From contig CAWBZI010000006.1 in assembly GCA_963793265.1 (NCBI GenBank), forward strand, positions 960,001 to 1,024,000: a DNA stretch of 64,000 nucleotides. Direction: 5' to 3'. This document shows, in pieces, positions 10,575 to 21,272 of the stretch. Below the pieces are notes generated by a model, which was given only the letters and a program-made list of their open reading frames with translations, made no database searches and was not told where the DNA came from. This stretch comes from an uncultured cyanobacterium (GTDB taxonomy: Bacteria > Cyanobacteriota > Cyanobacteriia > Phormidesmidales > Phormidesmidaceae). Positions within the stretch are counted from its first letter, which is position 1. Every line of letters begins with the position of its first letter. The position numbers were made by a program, and so were the translations under genes.

Positions 10575-12389
10575 TTAACTACTCGGCGTCAGCTTCAACA
10601 CGGCCATAAACGCCTCCTGTGGCACATCTACCGTACCGATAGACTTCAAACGCTTCTTACCTTTTGCCTGTTTTTTCAGCAGCTTTTTCTTCCGCGAGAT
10701 ATCGCCGCCATAGCACTTTGCCAGTACGTCCTTGCGCAACGCTGGAATACTCTCACTGGCAATAATCCGGCTCCCAATTGAAGCCTGAATTGGAATTTTG
10801 AACTGGTGGCGAGGAATTAGCTCCTTAAGCTTTTCAGTCAGCGCGCGACCCACATAGTAGGCATTGTCCTTGTGCACAATCGCCGCTAGCGGATCAACCT
10901 TATCGCCGTTAATCATCACGTCTAGCTTCACCAAAGCATTCGTACGGTAGCCAATCAGGTTGTATTCCATGCTGGCATAGCCCCGGCTACGCGACTTCAT
11001 CTGATCAAAAAAGTCGGTGACAATTTCAGCTAGAGGAATCTCATAGGTGAGCGTCGTACGGCCTGGGGTGAGATACTTCATATCTTTAAAGTCACCCCGA
11101 CGCTTTTGACACAGCTCCATCAGGGTGCCGACAAATTCTTCGGGCGTAATTAGATCTACCTTCACGTAGGGCTCATCAATTTTTTCGCGCTGCTGTGGCT
11201 CAGGTAACATACTCGGGTTGTCAATCTCGACCACATCACCACTAATGGTCGTCACACGATAGATCACCGAAGGCGCTGTGGTGATCAAATCAAGGTTGTA
11301 CTCGCGCTCTAGGCGCTCTTGAACGATTTCCATATGTAGCAGACCCAAGAAGCCACAGCGAAATCCGAAGCCCATCGCACTCGAAGTTTCAGGCTCGTAC
11401 TGCAAGGCCGCATCGTTGAGGCGCAGCTTGTCTAAAGCTTCTCGCAAATCTTCGTACTGATCGGAGTCAGTTGGAAACAGGCCGCAAAAAACCATCGGCT
11501 TAGCTTCTACGTACCCCTCTAAAGGTTCAGCGGCAGGGGCTTTAGCGAGCGTAATCGTATCGCCTACTCGCGCATCTTCTACCGATTTAATCGAAGCCGA
11601 AATGTAGCCCACTTCACCCGCATGAAGTTCATCGACCTGCACTTGATTAGGCGAGAGTACGCCTAGCTCATCAATGTCGTATTCTTTGCCGGAGGCCATC
11701 AGGCGAACGCGATCGCGCTTATTAATCACCCCATCTGTCACCCGAAAATACACAATCACGCCGCGATAGCTGTCGTAATAGCTATCAAAAATCAGCGCGC
11801 GCACAGGACTATCTGTCGTATCGGCGGGGGGCGGCACCAGGTAGGTGATGGCTTCTAAAATCTCAGGCACACCAATGCCCTCTTTTGCTGAGGCCATAAT
11901 CGCGTTGCTACAGTCGAGGCCAACGACCTCCTCAATTTCGGCGCGCACCCGTTCAGGGTCGGCTCCCGGCAGATCAATCTTATTGAGAACAGGAATAATT
12001 TCTAGATCGTTTTCAAGCGCCAAATAAACGTTTGCCAGGGTTTGCGCTTCAACCCCTTGAGAAGCATCTACGACTAGCAGCGCGCCTTCACAGGCAGCTA
12101 GAGATCTCGATACTTCATAGGTAAAGTCCACGTGCCCCGGCGTGTCGATGAGGTTGAGCACGTACTGCTCGCCGTCTTTGGCGGTATAGTTCATGCGGGC
12201 GGCTTGCAGCTTAATGGTGATGCCGCGCTCGCGCTCAATGTCCATAGAGTCGAGAAACTGCGCCTTCATGTCGCGATCGCTCACCGTACCCGTAGTCTGT
12301 AGCAGCCGATCGGCCAGGGTAGACTTACCGTGGTCGATGTGGGCAATGATAGAAAAGTTGCGCAGACGTGAAACGGGAACGTCGGTCAT
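10575..12389 (-). CDS. lepA: Elongation factor 4 LepA
   Basis: [33 protein letters not shown] motifs. Confidence 0.98.
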   Translation of the reverse strand: MTDVPVSRLRNFSIIAHIDHGKSTLADRLLQTTGTVSDRDMKAQFLDSMDIERERGITIKLQAARMNYTAKDGEQYVLNLIDTPGHVDFTYEVSRSLAACEGALLVVDASQGVEAQTLANVYLALENDLEIIPVLNKIDLPGADPERVRAEIEEVVGLDCSNAIMASAKEGIGVPEILEAITYLVPPPADTTDSPVRALIFDSYYDSYRGVIVYFRVTDGVINKRDRVRLMASGKEYDIDELGVLSPNQVQVDELHAGEVGYISASIKSVEDARVGDTITLAKAPAAEPLEGYVEAKPMVFCGLFPTDSDQYEDLREALDKLRLNDAALQYEPETSSAMGFGFRCGFLGLLHMEIVQERLEREYNLDLITTAPSVIYRVTTISGDVVEIDNPSMLPEPQQREKIDEPYVKVDLITPEEFVGTLMELCQKRRGDFKDMKYLTPGRTTLTYEIPLAEIVTDFFDQMKSRSRGYASMEYNLIGYRTNALVKLDVMINGDKVDPLAAIVHKDNAYYVGRALTEKLKELIPRHQFKIPIQASIGSRIIASESIPALRKDVLAKCYGGDISRKKKLLKKQAKGKKRLKSIGTVDVPQEAFMAVLKLTPSS

Positions 12390-12628
12390 GAAAAATCCGG
12401 CTAAAAAGCTTGGCTAATACTTAATCGCCAAGCCTTGATTGTAAGTCTTGACGTGAGGATTTGGATAAGTGGTTGGGTTTGCTAAATACTAACGAAGCTT
12501 GTGGGCAACCGTGCGTTAAAAAGTTTCGCGATCGCCCACAAGCTAGCTGTAATATGGCCGCAATATGATACTGCAGCCACAATATCTGCCAATAAGAGAT
12601 AATCTTGATTAGAGTAGCCTGAAAACTG

Positions 12629-14479
12629 ATGCCCCGGTCTGTTCAACCCCAATCGACAGCTCAATCAACGCCAATGCCCGAAGACAAGTCGGCACCGAGG
12701 CTTAACCCTGCAATTCGACCTAACGGAGTTTCTAGCGGCGCTTCTGCAAATGTTTTAGTCGTGACGCATACAGGCCAAGGCGAGATACTGTCGCTTCATT
12801 GGCCCCAGTCTAGCGACTGTCAGAACTGCGAGAACCTGACAGGTCAATCTGTCGAGGCTCTCTTTGGGCCAGTTGCAGTAGAGCCTTACCTAGCGCGCGT
12901 GCAAAAAGTATTGGCTACCGGTCAGCCAGACGAATTTCAGTGCGTGGTGCGCTGCGGCCATCAGCCAGTTAGCTTTGAGTTTTTATTAAGTCCTTTGCCA
13001 CTGAGCGCCCAGGAAGCAACGACTGGTGTGGTTGGCGTCGGACGTCGAATTGTAGCTGAAGTGGCACAGCTTGCAGAAGTGAAGCTGACTAGAAGCAACA
13101 GCCCGGCTGGTAATAGCTACTATGCACTGCTCTCTAGCGTCGCCTCTAGCATTCGTAAGACGCTAGATCTCAACACCATTTGGCAGCAGACAGTAAATGG
13201 GCTAGGCAACATGCTGGGTCTAGATCGCTGCTTGGTGTGTGACTATTCGCAGGCGATGCAAACGCTTACGGTCGTCGCGGAATATCACGAAGCCGAGCTA
13301 CATCCCTGCATTGGTAAAACTTTCGATCTGTCGCAAAAGGCAGATTTTCTAGAAACGCTACAAAGCTTAGAGCCGGTTATTTCTGACTTTGAGCGCGGCG
13401 ATGAGCAAGGTGAAGCCGAGCGGCCCTACACCGTTTTGACCGTCGCGACCTGCTATCGCAATGAGCCCAATAGCATTTTGGTATTGCAGCAGGCACCCTA
13501 CCGCCCCTGGCAACCATTTGAGATTGAGCTAGTGCAGGAGCTGACCGATCAGGTCGGTACTGCGATCGCACATGCCAAGCTCTTTAGCGAAAGCCACAAC
13601 ATCACCCAAGAGCTGCGCAAAAAGTCTTACGCGCTCAGGCAAACCAACGATGAACTCATGCGCAAGCATGACGAGCTTGAAGAAGCCCGTCAGCAGGCAG
13701 AAGAAGCCTCCCGATTGAAAAGTGACTTCTTAGCGAATACTTCTCACGAGCTGAGAACGCCACTCAACGGCATGATCGGCTTTTTACGCCTTGTGCTAGA
13801 CGACATGGCCGATAGCGCCGAAGAGCAAACCGAATTTATTCAGGAGTCTCACAATTCAGCGCTGCATTTGCTGAACCTGATCAACGACGTGCTTGATATT
13901 GCCAAAATCGAAGCAGGCAAAATGGATCTGCCGATGAGCGCTGTGAGCCTCACAGAACTGCTCGCTGAGGTGAAGCACTTTATGAGCCCGCAAATTGAGC
14001 GGCGCGGGCTTGACTTTAATATCGTGCTGCCTGCAACCCTTGATGAAATTAAGCTATATGGCAACTATCAAAGGCTAAAGCAGGTGTTGCTCAACCTCGT
14101 CGGTAATGCCAACAAGTTTACGCACGAAGGCGGAATCACTATCGGTGTCGAAATCAAGCCTCAGCCCGTGGTGTTTGCCGATCAGTCTTGGCCTGGCCTG
14201 GTGAAGCTGAGCGTGGCAGATACTGGCATCGGCGTTTCATTAGAAAAGCAAGACCGGCTATTTCAAACCTTTTCTCAGGTCGATAGCGCCCGCACCCGTC
14301 AGTACGAAGGCACCGGTTTGGGCCTCGCTATTTCTCAGCGGCTTGTAGAAGCAATGGGCGGCAAGGTGCAGTTTATTAGTATGGGCGAAGGGCTTGGCTC
14401 TACGGTGACCTTCACGGTGCTGCTCTATCAGGAGCCGGTGATGGAGTTAGGGCCAAATGCTCAAATAACTGAACTTTAG
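12629..14479 (+). CDS. Cytoplasmic sensor histidine kinase (PAS-like, GAF, HisKA, HATPase_c)
   Basis: GAF region (IRKTLDL...DRCL...AIAHA), H-box SHELRTPL, NLVGNA, DTGIG, GTGLGL; no adjacent response regulator. Confidence 0.9.
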   Translation: MPRSVQPQSTAQSTPMPEDKSAPRLNPAIRPNGVSSGASANVLVVTHTGQGEILSLHWPQSSDCQNCENLTGQSVEALFGPVAVEPYLARVQKVLATGQPDEFQCVVRCGHQPVSFEFLLSPLPLSAQEATTGVVGVGRRIVAEVAQLAEVKLTRSNSPAGNSYYALLSSVASSIRKTLDLNTIWQQTVNGLGNMLGLDRCLVCDYSQAMQTLTVVAEYHEAELHPCIGKTFDLSQKADFLETLQSLEPVISDFERGDEQGEAERPYTVLTVATCYRNEPNSILVLQQAPYRPWQPFEIELVQELTDQVGTAIAHAKLFSESHNITQELRKKSYALRQTNDELMRKHDELEEARQQAEEASRLKSDFLANTSHELRTPLNGMIGFLRLVLDDMADSAEEQTEFIQESHNSALHLLNLINDVLDIAKIEAGKMDLPMSAVSLTELLAEVKHFMSPQIERRGLDFNIVLPATLDEIKLYGNYQRLKQVLLNLVGNANKFTHEGGITIGVEIKPQPVVFADQSWPGLVKLSVADTGIGVSLEKQDRLFQTFSQVDSARTRQYEGTGLGLAISQRLVEAMGGKVQFISMGEGLGSTVTFTVLLYQEPVMELGPNAQITEL

Positions 14480-14499
14480 ACCGGGCTTTAAGGCGGGCT

Positions 14500-15342
14500 T
14501 CATTCGGAGACGAAGTGTGATCGCCCCTCGCAGGTTTCTTTGAGCTGATAAGCGATCGCCTGCCAGTCTTCAGCTTCCAAATGCCCAATTGTCGTATCGA
14601 TAACATCACGATATTTTTTGAGCGATCGCAATACCTCAGCCCGATTGTACTGAGCCATCATCAGCCCTAATTCTGGATTACCGCCGCCCACTCGACTCGT
14701 ATCTCGAAACCCAGAACTCGCTAGCTGCTGCGAAAGCTCAAGCACCTCAGCATCAGGCTCTTGCAGCGCAGCTTGGATCAGACCAGAGCTGACCATTACA
14801 GGCAAATGAGAAATCCAGGCCACGGCTCTATCGTGATCTGCTGGCGAACAGTGATAGAGCTGCGAGCCGATCTGTTTGGCTAGCTGTTCAACAACGGCAA
14901 CGGCGCTAGGTTTCGTGCTCTCGACCGGCGTAATCACATAGGGCCGCTGCTGAAAAATGCCAGGCTCAGCCGCACCCAAACCAGCTTCGCTCTTACCGCT
15001 CATCGGATGACCGCCCACAAAATAAGGCCACGCCTGTGTCGCTTCAGCCGTAATTGCAGACTTCACCGAGCCCACATCAGTTATCACCGTACCGGGCTCT
15101 ACTAACGCCGCTAGCTTTTTTACCATTGGCACAATAGTCGCAATCGGCGTACAGACAATCACCACATCGCAGGGCGGCAGTGACGCTATATCAGTACTAG
15201 CCGTATCTACTAGCTCCCTACGCAAAGCCTGCTGACAGGTTTCGAACCTTCTGGCAACGCCATGAACGCGATGGCCCAAAGCTTTAAAATCCAACCCTAG
15301 ACATCCACCAATCAGCCCAAGTCCTACAATCGCGATATCCAT
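14500..15342 (-). CDS. tyrA: Prephenate/arogenate dehydrogenase
   Basis: GLGLIG, TDVGSVK, GGHPM, HDRAVAWISHLP, GFRDTSR motifs. Confidence 0.92.
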   Translation of the reverse strand: MDIAIVGLGLIGGCLGLDFKALGHRVHGVARRFETCQQALRRELVDTASTDIASLPPCDVVIVCTPIATIVPMVKKLAALVEPGTVITDVGSVKSAITAEATQAWPYFVGGHPMSGKSEAGLGAAEPGIFQQRPYVITPVESTKPSAVAVVEQLAKQIGSQLYHCSPADHDRAVAWISHLPVMVSSGLIQAALQEPDAEVLELSQQLASSGFRDTSRVGGGNPELGLMMAQYNRAEVLRSLKKYRDVIDTTIGHLEAEDWQAIAYQLKETCEGRSHFVSE

Positions 15343-15456
15343 ACCGTCCTCTTTCTACCTACGGGCCAACTGTACGAATGTGTCACAATAAAAGTCACCG
15401 CGAAAGTCACCGTTTGCCCTACTATCTATACTTCTCACGCTTCTACCCATACACCT

Positions 15457-17028
15457 GTGATCGAAACAGAAGTTCATCAGCGCCTCCGGGCTTATCTCAG
15501 AGATCAAGGGCATACCCAGTGGCCACACCATCTGACTATGGCACGGTTGGTCGCCAGGGCTTTGCGCGTAGATAGAAGCGCACTTTTGCAGATAGATAGT
15601 CTGGCCGCTTATCAGGGGAGCCATCGCCTCAGCTACCTGATGCCTGCGCTGCTATGGCCAGAGCCTGCCGTTTTAGCGCTGCCCGACGCGCTAATAGAAA
15701 CGGTGCTACGGCAAGATATTCCTAATTTGCAGCAGGGGCTACCGGTGGTAAAGCCGGTGGTATCGGGCGATCGCTGGCCCGACCAAAACTTTAGAGGACT
15801 GCTGGTCACCTCGGCACAAAGCTGGCTGAGCGATCGCCTCAACACCCAGCGCCATCCAAATCACCCAAGCCGCTTTGTACCAGGCATTCCTACTCTCATA
15901 GACGGCGCTGGCTCGCTAGAGCGCTGGGCTCAAGACCTGCTTAGCTCAACGCTTTCTGCCACAGACTGGGAAACGCTCATGCTGGCCTATCCCAGTCAGC
16001 GGGAATTTATCCGAGACATGCGGGTGCGAATTACCCATGCCATTTTTCAGCATCCGGTTAATCCCTATAGCTGCCATCTCATCGAAGATCCTGAAAAAAT
16101 ACTGCTGCACGAGCTGTATGAATGGCTAAAGATTTACGGAGATGATAGCCAGATGCCTACTTGCTGGGAGCGATTTTGGCAGCAGTTTTCGCAGCCTGAA
16201 CGACTGGCTTGGAGCAGCCTAGACCGCGAGCTAGGCAGTGTAAAACTTCACTGTGGCCCGGTCGATCTTAAGAGAGCTTTGGCTCCCGTCTGGAAACAGC
16301 AGCCGATTGTGCTGGTGGGCGCAGCGCTAGACGCCGAGCCTCAGGCACAGCAATATCGCGATCGCCTCGGACTCGGGGATATGACCTGTCTTCGCTTCGG
16401 CCCTGATCGCCACCATGATTTGGTACAGCTCTACCTGCCCGATCGCCTGCCCATGCCCAACACCAGCCACTTCAAAGACGCCGCTCTCAAAGAGATTCGA
16501 GAACTCCTGAGCGTGCGTGGGGCCACTGACGATCCGACCGTGATTTTGATTGGTGACGTGCCGCTCAAAGCTCAGTTCGCGGCGGTACTAGCAGCTGAGT
16601 TTGGCTCTCGGGTAAAGCTCGAATCACCTGTTAGTAGCCAGGGAATTTTGATTACCGGGTGGGATTACTGGCGATCGCACCAAACCCAATTCACAACGCC
16701 TGGCCTTCTGATTATCACCACCCTGCCGATCCCCTCTCTCGAAAATCCCTTAGTCGCCAGCCGAGTTGCCGTCTACAAGCGTCGCCGTCAGGACTGGTTT
16801 AAGGCGTACTTATTGCCCGCTGCGCTGAGTGAATTGCAACATGCTGTGGCACCTGTGCGATCGCGCCACGACGACAGCATCGGCATCATCGCCCTACTAG
16901 ACAACCGAGTAAACTATCGCAGCTATGGCGCGCGTGTTTTATCGGCTCTGAGCCCAGCAGCTCGCAGCAGCTACCTCAACGAAGACTGGTTCAACCACAG
17001 ATCACCATCAGAGAATTCGTCTTTCTAG
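15457..17028 (+). CDS. DinG-like helicase C-terminal domain protein (degenerate)
   Basis: C-terminal LIITTLP...IIALLDNRV...YG pattern of DinG/Helicase_C_2; Walker A and DEAH not recognisable. Confidence 0.7.
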   Translation: MIETEVHQRLRAYLRDQGHTQWPHHLTMARLVARALRVDRSALLQIDSLAAYQGSHRLSYLMPALLWPEPAVLALPDALIETVLRQDIPNLQQGLPVVKPVVSGDRWPDQNFRGLLVTSAQSWLSDRLNTQRHPNHPSRFVPGIPTLIDGAGSLERWAQDLLSSTLSATDWETLMLAYPSQREFIRDMRVRITHAIFQHPVNPYSCHLIEDPEKILLHELYEWLKIYGDDSQMPTCWERFWQQFSQPERLAWSSLDRELGSVKLHCGPVDLKRALAPVWKQQPIVLVGAALDAEPQAQQYRDRLGLGDMTCLRFGPDRHHDLVQLYLPDRLPMPNTSHFKDAALKEIRELLSVRGATDDPTVILIGDVPLKAQFAAVLAAEFGSRVKLESPVSSQGILITGWDYWRSHQTQFTTPGLLIITTLPIPSLENPLVASRVAVYKRRRQDWFKAYLLPAALSELQHAVAPVRSRHDDSIGIIALLDNRVNYRSYGARVLSALSPAARSSYLNEDWFNHRSPSENSSF

Positions 17029-17161
17029 AACACGCCTTAAATAACCTTGAACAAATAATAAATTAGCGCCAATCTTTTCAAGTTCCTATAACCAGACCGC
17101 TATGATATGAAGCAAGAACGCCGCCGCAATGGCTACAACACGACACTACTGGGCTTTCGAC

Positions 17162-17377
17162 ATGGGAGAATCCAACCGCAGAAAAAAAGCATTAGGCGAA
17201 GACTACGGCAAGCCCAAACCCTTCATTCGCGGCTTGCCCATCAGTAAAGAAACGGGCGCTAAGTTCGTCTCCTGGACAACCACTGGCGCTTGGCTCGGCA
17301 TTGCTCTAATGATCGTAGCCTGGCTCACTATTCGGTTTATTGGGCCAGGCTTTGGCTGGTGGACACTTACAAATTAA
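17162..17377 (+). CDS. DUF2839 family small membrane protein
   Basis: MGESNRRK start and terminal RFIGPGFGWW typical of DUF2839. The ORF-track start at 17129 is probably too long. Confidence 0.8.
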   Translation: MGESNRRKKALGEDYGKPKPFIRGLPISKETGAKFVSWTTTGAWLGIALMIVAWLTIRFIGPGFGWWTLTN

Positions 17378-18138
17378 AGAACGCTAGATCAAAAAAGCGA
17401 TCTCGAGCACAGCACAACAGATGTCTTTGTAAAGATTAATTTAGGCGTAACGGCTTGAGCGCATATCACCCATCCTTTGTAATCTCTCTACAGACATATC
17501 TGTCCGGGGTTTCAAAGTATTCACTTAGATATATTTACGAGCAGGCTGTGTCAACTTTTGTCATATTTTTGATCCCCTGGTCAGTGAATCTTTTAAATAG
17601 ACGCTAGTTGCGTTAGAACGGTTAGAGCAGTTAAGCGGCATTTAGATCGGTTCAAGTAAGCAAAATTCAATAAAACAGTCCGCATAGCTCTTCTCACAAA
17701 TACAAGGAATCCGAGAAACGCATCAAGAAAACCTGCTGATTTAAGCAACTGTGCTCAGAAGGTATGTCTACGTGCTCACTGGTGACATGACCTGACAAAG
17801 CTTTGTCAACAGCCAAATGTACTTTTTTGGATAGACAAGCTCGTAAGATAAGTTGGCTACAGTCTGAGGCTAGCTTAAATGTTAGGTCTAAGCTGCTGAG
17901 GTCAAGAATGGTTGATGGATTAGTCCATTGGGTACCTTGCAGTATCCATTCGCTAAAACTGTCATAAAACGTTACGATTTTGGAACGATTCCTATATTCC
18001 TTAATTTAAGGGCGCTCTAGAAGCGTTTGTGATCTGTCTTCAGGTCGGCCGTTTTCTCCGTCAGTTGCTTTCTTAAGAAACTTCTTAAGAAAGTGTTAAG
18101 TAAATATGTAAAATCGAAAGATGGTGTAGAGGAAAGAC

Positions 18139-18471
18139 ATGTTTGTCAGACTTGCAAATCAACATCGACAGTTCGTTCAAGACTTAGTGTTAGATCTAAA
18201 GGCCTTGGCTGTTGTTCTAGAAAAAAGAGGGTACCTAGCGTCCTGCTATACCTGTGGCGATGAACTCAACAGCGCTTCATTTATGGTGAGCCTGGGTGGA
18301 GATCATCTCATTCGTTTTTTGGTTTCCGACTACGGAATTACCTGGACGGAAATGCGCGACGACCGTGAGCTAATGAAGCTTGAAGGGGCTGAAGCCATTA
18401 ATCAGCTTCAAGAACTCGCCAACCTAGTTAAGTATCAAGTGAGTCCGGCTGAATATGAAGTCGTTGGTTAA
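18139..18471 (+). CDS. DUF1815 family protein
   Basis: MFVRLANQHRQFVQDL...ASCYTC...IRFLVSDYGITWTE, a conserved cyanobacterial family; GAGG ribosome-binding site upstream. Confidence 0.85.
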   Translation: MFVRLANQHRQFVQDLVLDLKALAVVLEKRGYLASCYTCGDELNSASFMVSLGGDHLIRFLVSDYGITWTEMRDDRELMKLEGAEAINQLQELANLVKYQVSPAEYEVVG

Positions 18472-18542
18472 ACCCAACGGCAACTGGGCCTAAAGGCTGT
18501 TGGCTAGAGCCGTTAGTGGTTCGTGTTTGGTCATGTGTTTGG

Positions 18543-19595
18543 TTAAACGGACAAAGCAGGCACCTGTAGCGCTTCGCGTACCTGCTGCTCTATAACCTGG
18601 GCGATCTGTAAGTTTTGAGCGAGATATAGCACCGCATTATCTCTTCCCTGGGCAAAGTTATTGTCCTGGTAGCTATACCACGCGCCCTTTCGCACAATCA
18701 CGCCTGTCTCTTCTGCCAAATCGATAATGCAGCCAACCGTCGAGATGCCTTTCCCGAACAGAATATCGAACTCAGCAAGGCGAAAGGGCGGTGCAATCTT
18801 ATTTTTGGCGACTTTTACCTTCACGCGAATGCCAAAGTTATCGTTGCCCTTCTTAAGAGTCTGTACTCGTCTAATATCGAGCCTGACAGAGGCATAGAAT
18901 TTTAGAGCATTGCCGCCAGTCGTCGTTTCTGGACTGCCATAAACAACCCCAATCTTTTGCCTGAGCTGGTTAAGAAAGATGATCGTGCAGCCTGATTTAC
19001 CCAGGTTGCCAGTAAGTTTTCTTAGCGCCTGACTCATCAGCCGCGCTTGCAGCCCCATGTGAGAGTCACCCATTTCCCCTTCAATTTCCGCGCGGGGAAC
19101 CAGCGCCGCCACAGAATCTATCACGATAATATCAACGGCGGCTGAGCGCACAAGCTGATCGGTAATTTCTAGCGCTGTTTCACCGTTATCTGGCTGAGCA
19201 ATAATCAGGTTTTGAGTATCTACGCCAACGGCTGCGGCGTATACCGGATCGAGCGCGTGTTCTGCATCAATAAAAGCAGCCGTGCCGCCTTGCGCCTGAA
19301 CAGAAGCGATCGCATGAAGCGCCAAAGTCGTTTTCCCTGCGCTCTCGGGCCCATAAATCTCAATCACCCGACCTTTTGGCAAGCCACCCCCTAGCGCCAA
19401 ATCCAAAGGCAGCGCGCCGCTCGGAATAGTTTCGACCTTAAGCTGCTGCGCCTCACCCAAACGCATAATCGATCCCTGACCAAAGTTGCGCTCAATATGA
19501 GTCAGCACGCGCCCTAATGCCTGATCGCGCTCAGTCGCAGCAGCTCCTTTTTCTGAGCTAGTCTTCGCAGTATTCTCGACGGTCGATAGGTTCAT
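18543..19595 (-). CDS. recA: Recombinase RecA
   Basis: [30 protein letters not shown] motifs. Confidence 0.97.
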   Translation of the reverse strand: MNLSTVENTAKTSSEKGAAATERDQALGRVLTHIERNFGQGSIMRLGEAQQLKVETIPSGALPLDLALGGGLPKGRVIEIYGPESAGKTTLALHAIASVQAQGGTAAFIDAEHALDPVYAAAVGVDTQNLIIAQPDNGETALEITDQLVRSAAVDIIVIDSVAALVPRAEIEGEMGDSHMGLQARLMSQALRKLTGNLGKSGCTIIFLNQLRQKIGVVYGSPETTTGGNALKFYASVRLDIRRVQTLKKGNDNFGIRVKVKVAKNKIAPPFRLAEFDILFGKGISTVGCIIDLAEETGVIVRKGAWYSYQDNNFAQGRDNAVLYLAQNLQIAQVIEQQVREALQVPALSV

Positions 19596-19623
19596 AGGAG
19601 CGCACGCTAAAGGGTATGCGTTA

Positions 19624-19637
19624 AATACGTATGTACT
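19624..19637 (-). promoter_or_regulatory. Putative cyanobacterial LexA box upstream of recA
   Basis: Minus strand AGTAC-ATAC-GTATT, two mismatches to RGTACNNNDGTWCB, about 30 bp before the recA start. Confidence 0.55.
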
Positions 19638-19769
19638 ACGTTGTACTCTATAATATCGCTTCTGGCTAGCGAATACTCTTATTATATTGACGAATATTAA
19701 TAGGGCTTTCTGCTGAAGTCATGAATAGAGCTACTTGATTAATCGTGCTCAAACGATAAGATCTTAAGC

Positions 19770-21002
19770 ATGGTTAATATCAGCGCCCAATCTACAACTG
19801 ACCTAGCCGTAGGCGTTGCTGGGCTCACGGATTATTTGAAGCTGCTGCTAGAAGAAAATCCTCAGCTCAGCAAAATTTGGGTCGTAGGCGAAGTTTCTAG
19901 CGCTCGCAAGCATCAGCAGGGCTGCTTTTTCACGCTGCAAGAGCCAGATGGATCGGCTGCGGTGAACTGTGTGGTGTGGCGATCGCAACTCCCCCGGCTT
20001 ACGGCTATGCCTGAAGTGGGCGAACAGGTCACCGTACTTGGTCAGATCAAGCTCTATCCCAAGCGCGGATCGTATCAGCTCACCGTTTGGCAAGTGCTCC
20101 CGGCTGGTGAAGGGCTTCAGGCGCTGCGTTACAAGCAACTGCGATCACGCCTTACCGCCGAAGGACTCTTCGATCTTGCCCGCAAGCGTCCTTTACCCAC
20201 CTATCCACAAACGCTAGCCGTCGTTACCTCGCCTCAGGCAGCCGCCTGGGGTGACATTCAGCGCACTTTGCTACAGCGCAATCCCAATATCGAAATCTTG
20301 CTTTCCCCAGCGACGGTTCAAGGCGCGCAGGCACCGGCTTCAATTGCCAGAGCGATCGCGCGCGTGAGCAAAGATGGCCGCGCCGACGTATTGCTGCTTG
20401 CTCGCGGCGGCGGTGCTAGTGAAGATTTGGCCTGTTTTGATGATGAGCAGGTGGTGGTGGCGATCGCCCAATCTGCCATTCCTGTAATCACTGGAATTGG
20501 CCACGAACGCGATGAGTCACTGGCTGATTTGGTCGCAGATGTGTGCGCTCATACGCCAACGGCTGCTGCCGAGCAGGTCGTACCGAGCTTAGAGGCGCTT
20601 TATGCTGAGCAGGTTCAGTACTTGCAGCGGATGGTGCAAATAGTGACGCGGCGGCTGCAATTGGGACAGAGCCAGGTGCGATCGCTTCAAACCCGGCTTC
20701 AGCGCCTGCGACCCGACCGCCAAATTGCCCAGCAGCAACAGCTCATAGACTGGCAGCGACAGCAGCTCATCACCGCGCTATCTCAACGCCTACAGCTCGC
20801 CCAGCTTCAGCACCAGCGACTGCAAGAAAAGCTAGCCGCACTCGATCCCGCCTCAGTCATTAAGCGCGGCTATGCCCTTGTTAAAGCAGAAGGCGAAATT
20901 GCCACAGATGCCCGGCAGCTTCCACCCGGCACCAAGTTAGAGATTCAGCTAGGTACTGGAAAGCTCACGGCAACCGTAACAACAAACGACACTCATTCCT
21001 AA
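19770..21002 (+). CDS. xseA: Exodeoxyribonuclease VII large subunit
   Basis: WVVGEVS OB-fold, ARGGG, GIGHERD, TPTAAAE motifs. Confidence 0.95.
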   Translation: MVNISAQSTTDLAVGVAGLTDYLKLLLEENPQLSKIWVVGEVSSARKHQQGCFFTLQEPDGSAAVNCVVWRSQLPRLTAMPEVGEQVTVLGQIKLYPKRGSYQLTVWQVLPAGEGLQALRYKQLRSRLTAEGLFDLARKRPLPTYPQTLAVVTSPQAAAWGDIQRTLLQRNPNIEILLSPATVQGAQAPASIARAIARVSKDGRADVLLLARGGGASEDLACFDDEQVVVAIAQSAIPVITGIGHERDESLADLVADVCAHTPTAAAEQVVPSLEALYAEQVQYLQRMVQIVTRRLQLGQSQVRSLQTRLQRLRPDRQIAQQQQLIDWQRQQLITALSQRLQLAQLQHQRLQEKLAALDPASVIKRGYALVKAEGEIATDARQLPPGTKLEIQLGTGKLTATVTTNDTHS

Positions 21003-21014
21003 AGGGAACCTGCT

Positions 21015-21272
21015 ATGCCTCCCGCCAAAAAATCATCAAAGACACCAGCGCCATCTGAAAAGACATTGCCGGACAATTGGAGCTACGAAGATACGCTCTC
21101 TCAAATAGAAGATATTACAGAACAGCTAGAGACTGGCGAGCTGCCTTTAGCCGAAGTCTTCGAGCAATTTGTAGATGCCGTAAGCGCTTTGCAGCAGTGC
21201 GACCAGTTCTTACAGTCCAAGCAGCAGCAGGCTTCTTTACTCATAGAAACGCTGGTTGGAGAAGATGATTAG
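21015..21272 (+). CDS. xseB: Exodeoxyribonuclease VII small subunit
   Basis: SYEDTLSQIEDITEQLETGELPL pattern; directly after xseA. Confidence 0.9.
   Translation: MPPAKKSSKTPAPSEKTLPDNWSYEDTLSQIEDITEQLETGELPLAEVFEQFVDAVSALQQCDQFLQSKQQQASLLIETLVGEDD

Noticed and set aside
17479..17491. NtcA box
   Set aside because: GTA and TAC are separated by 7 nt rather than the required 8.
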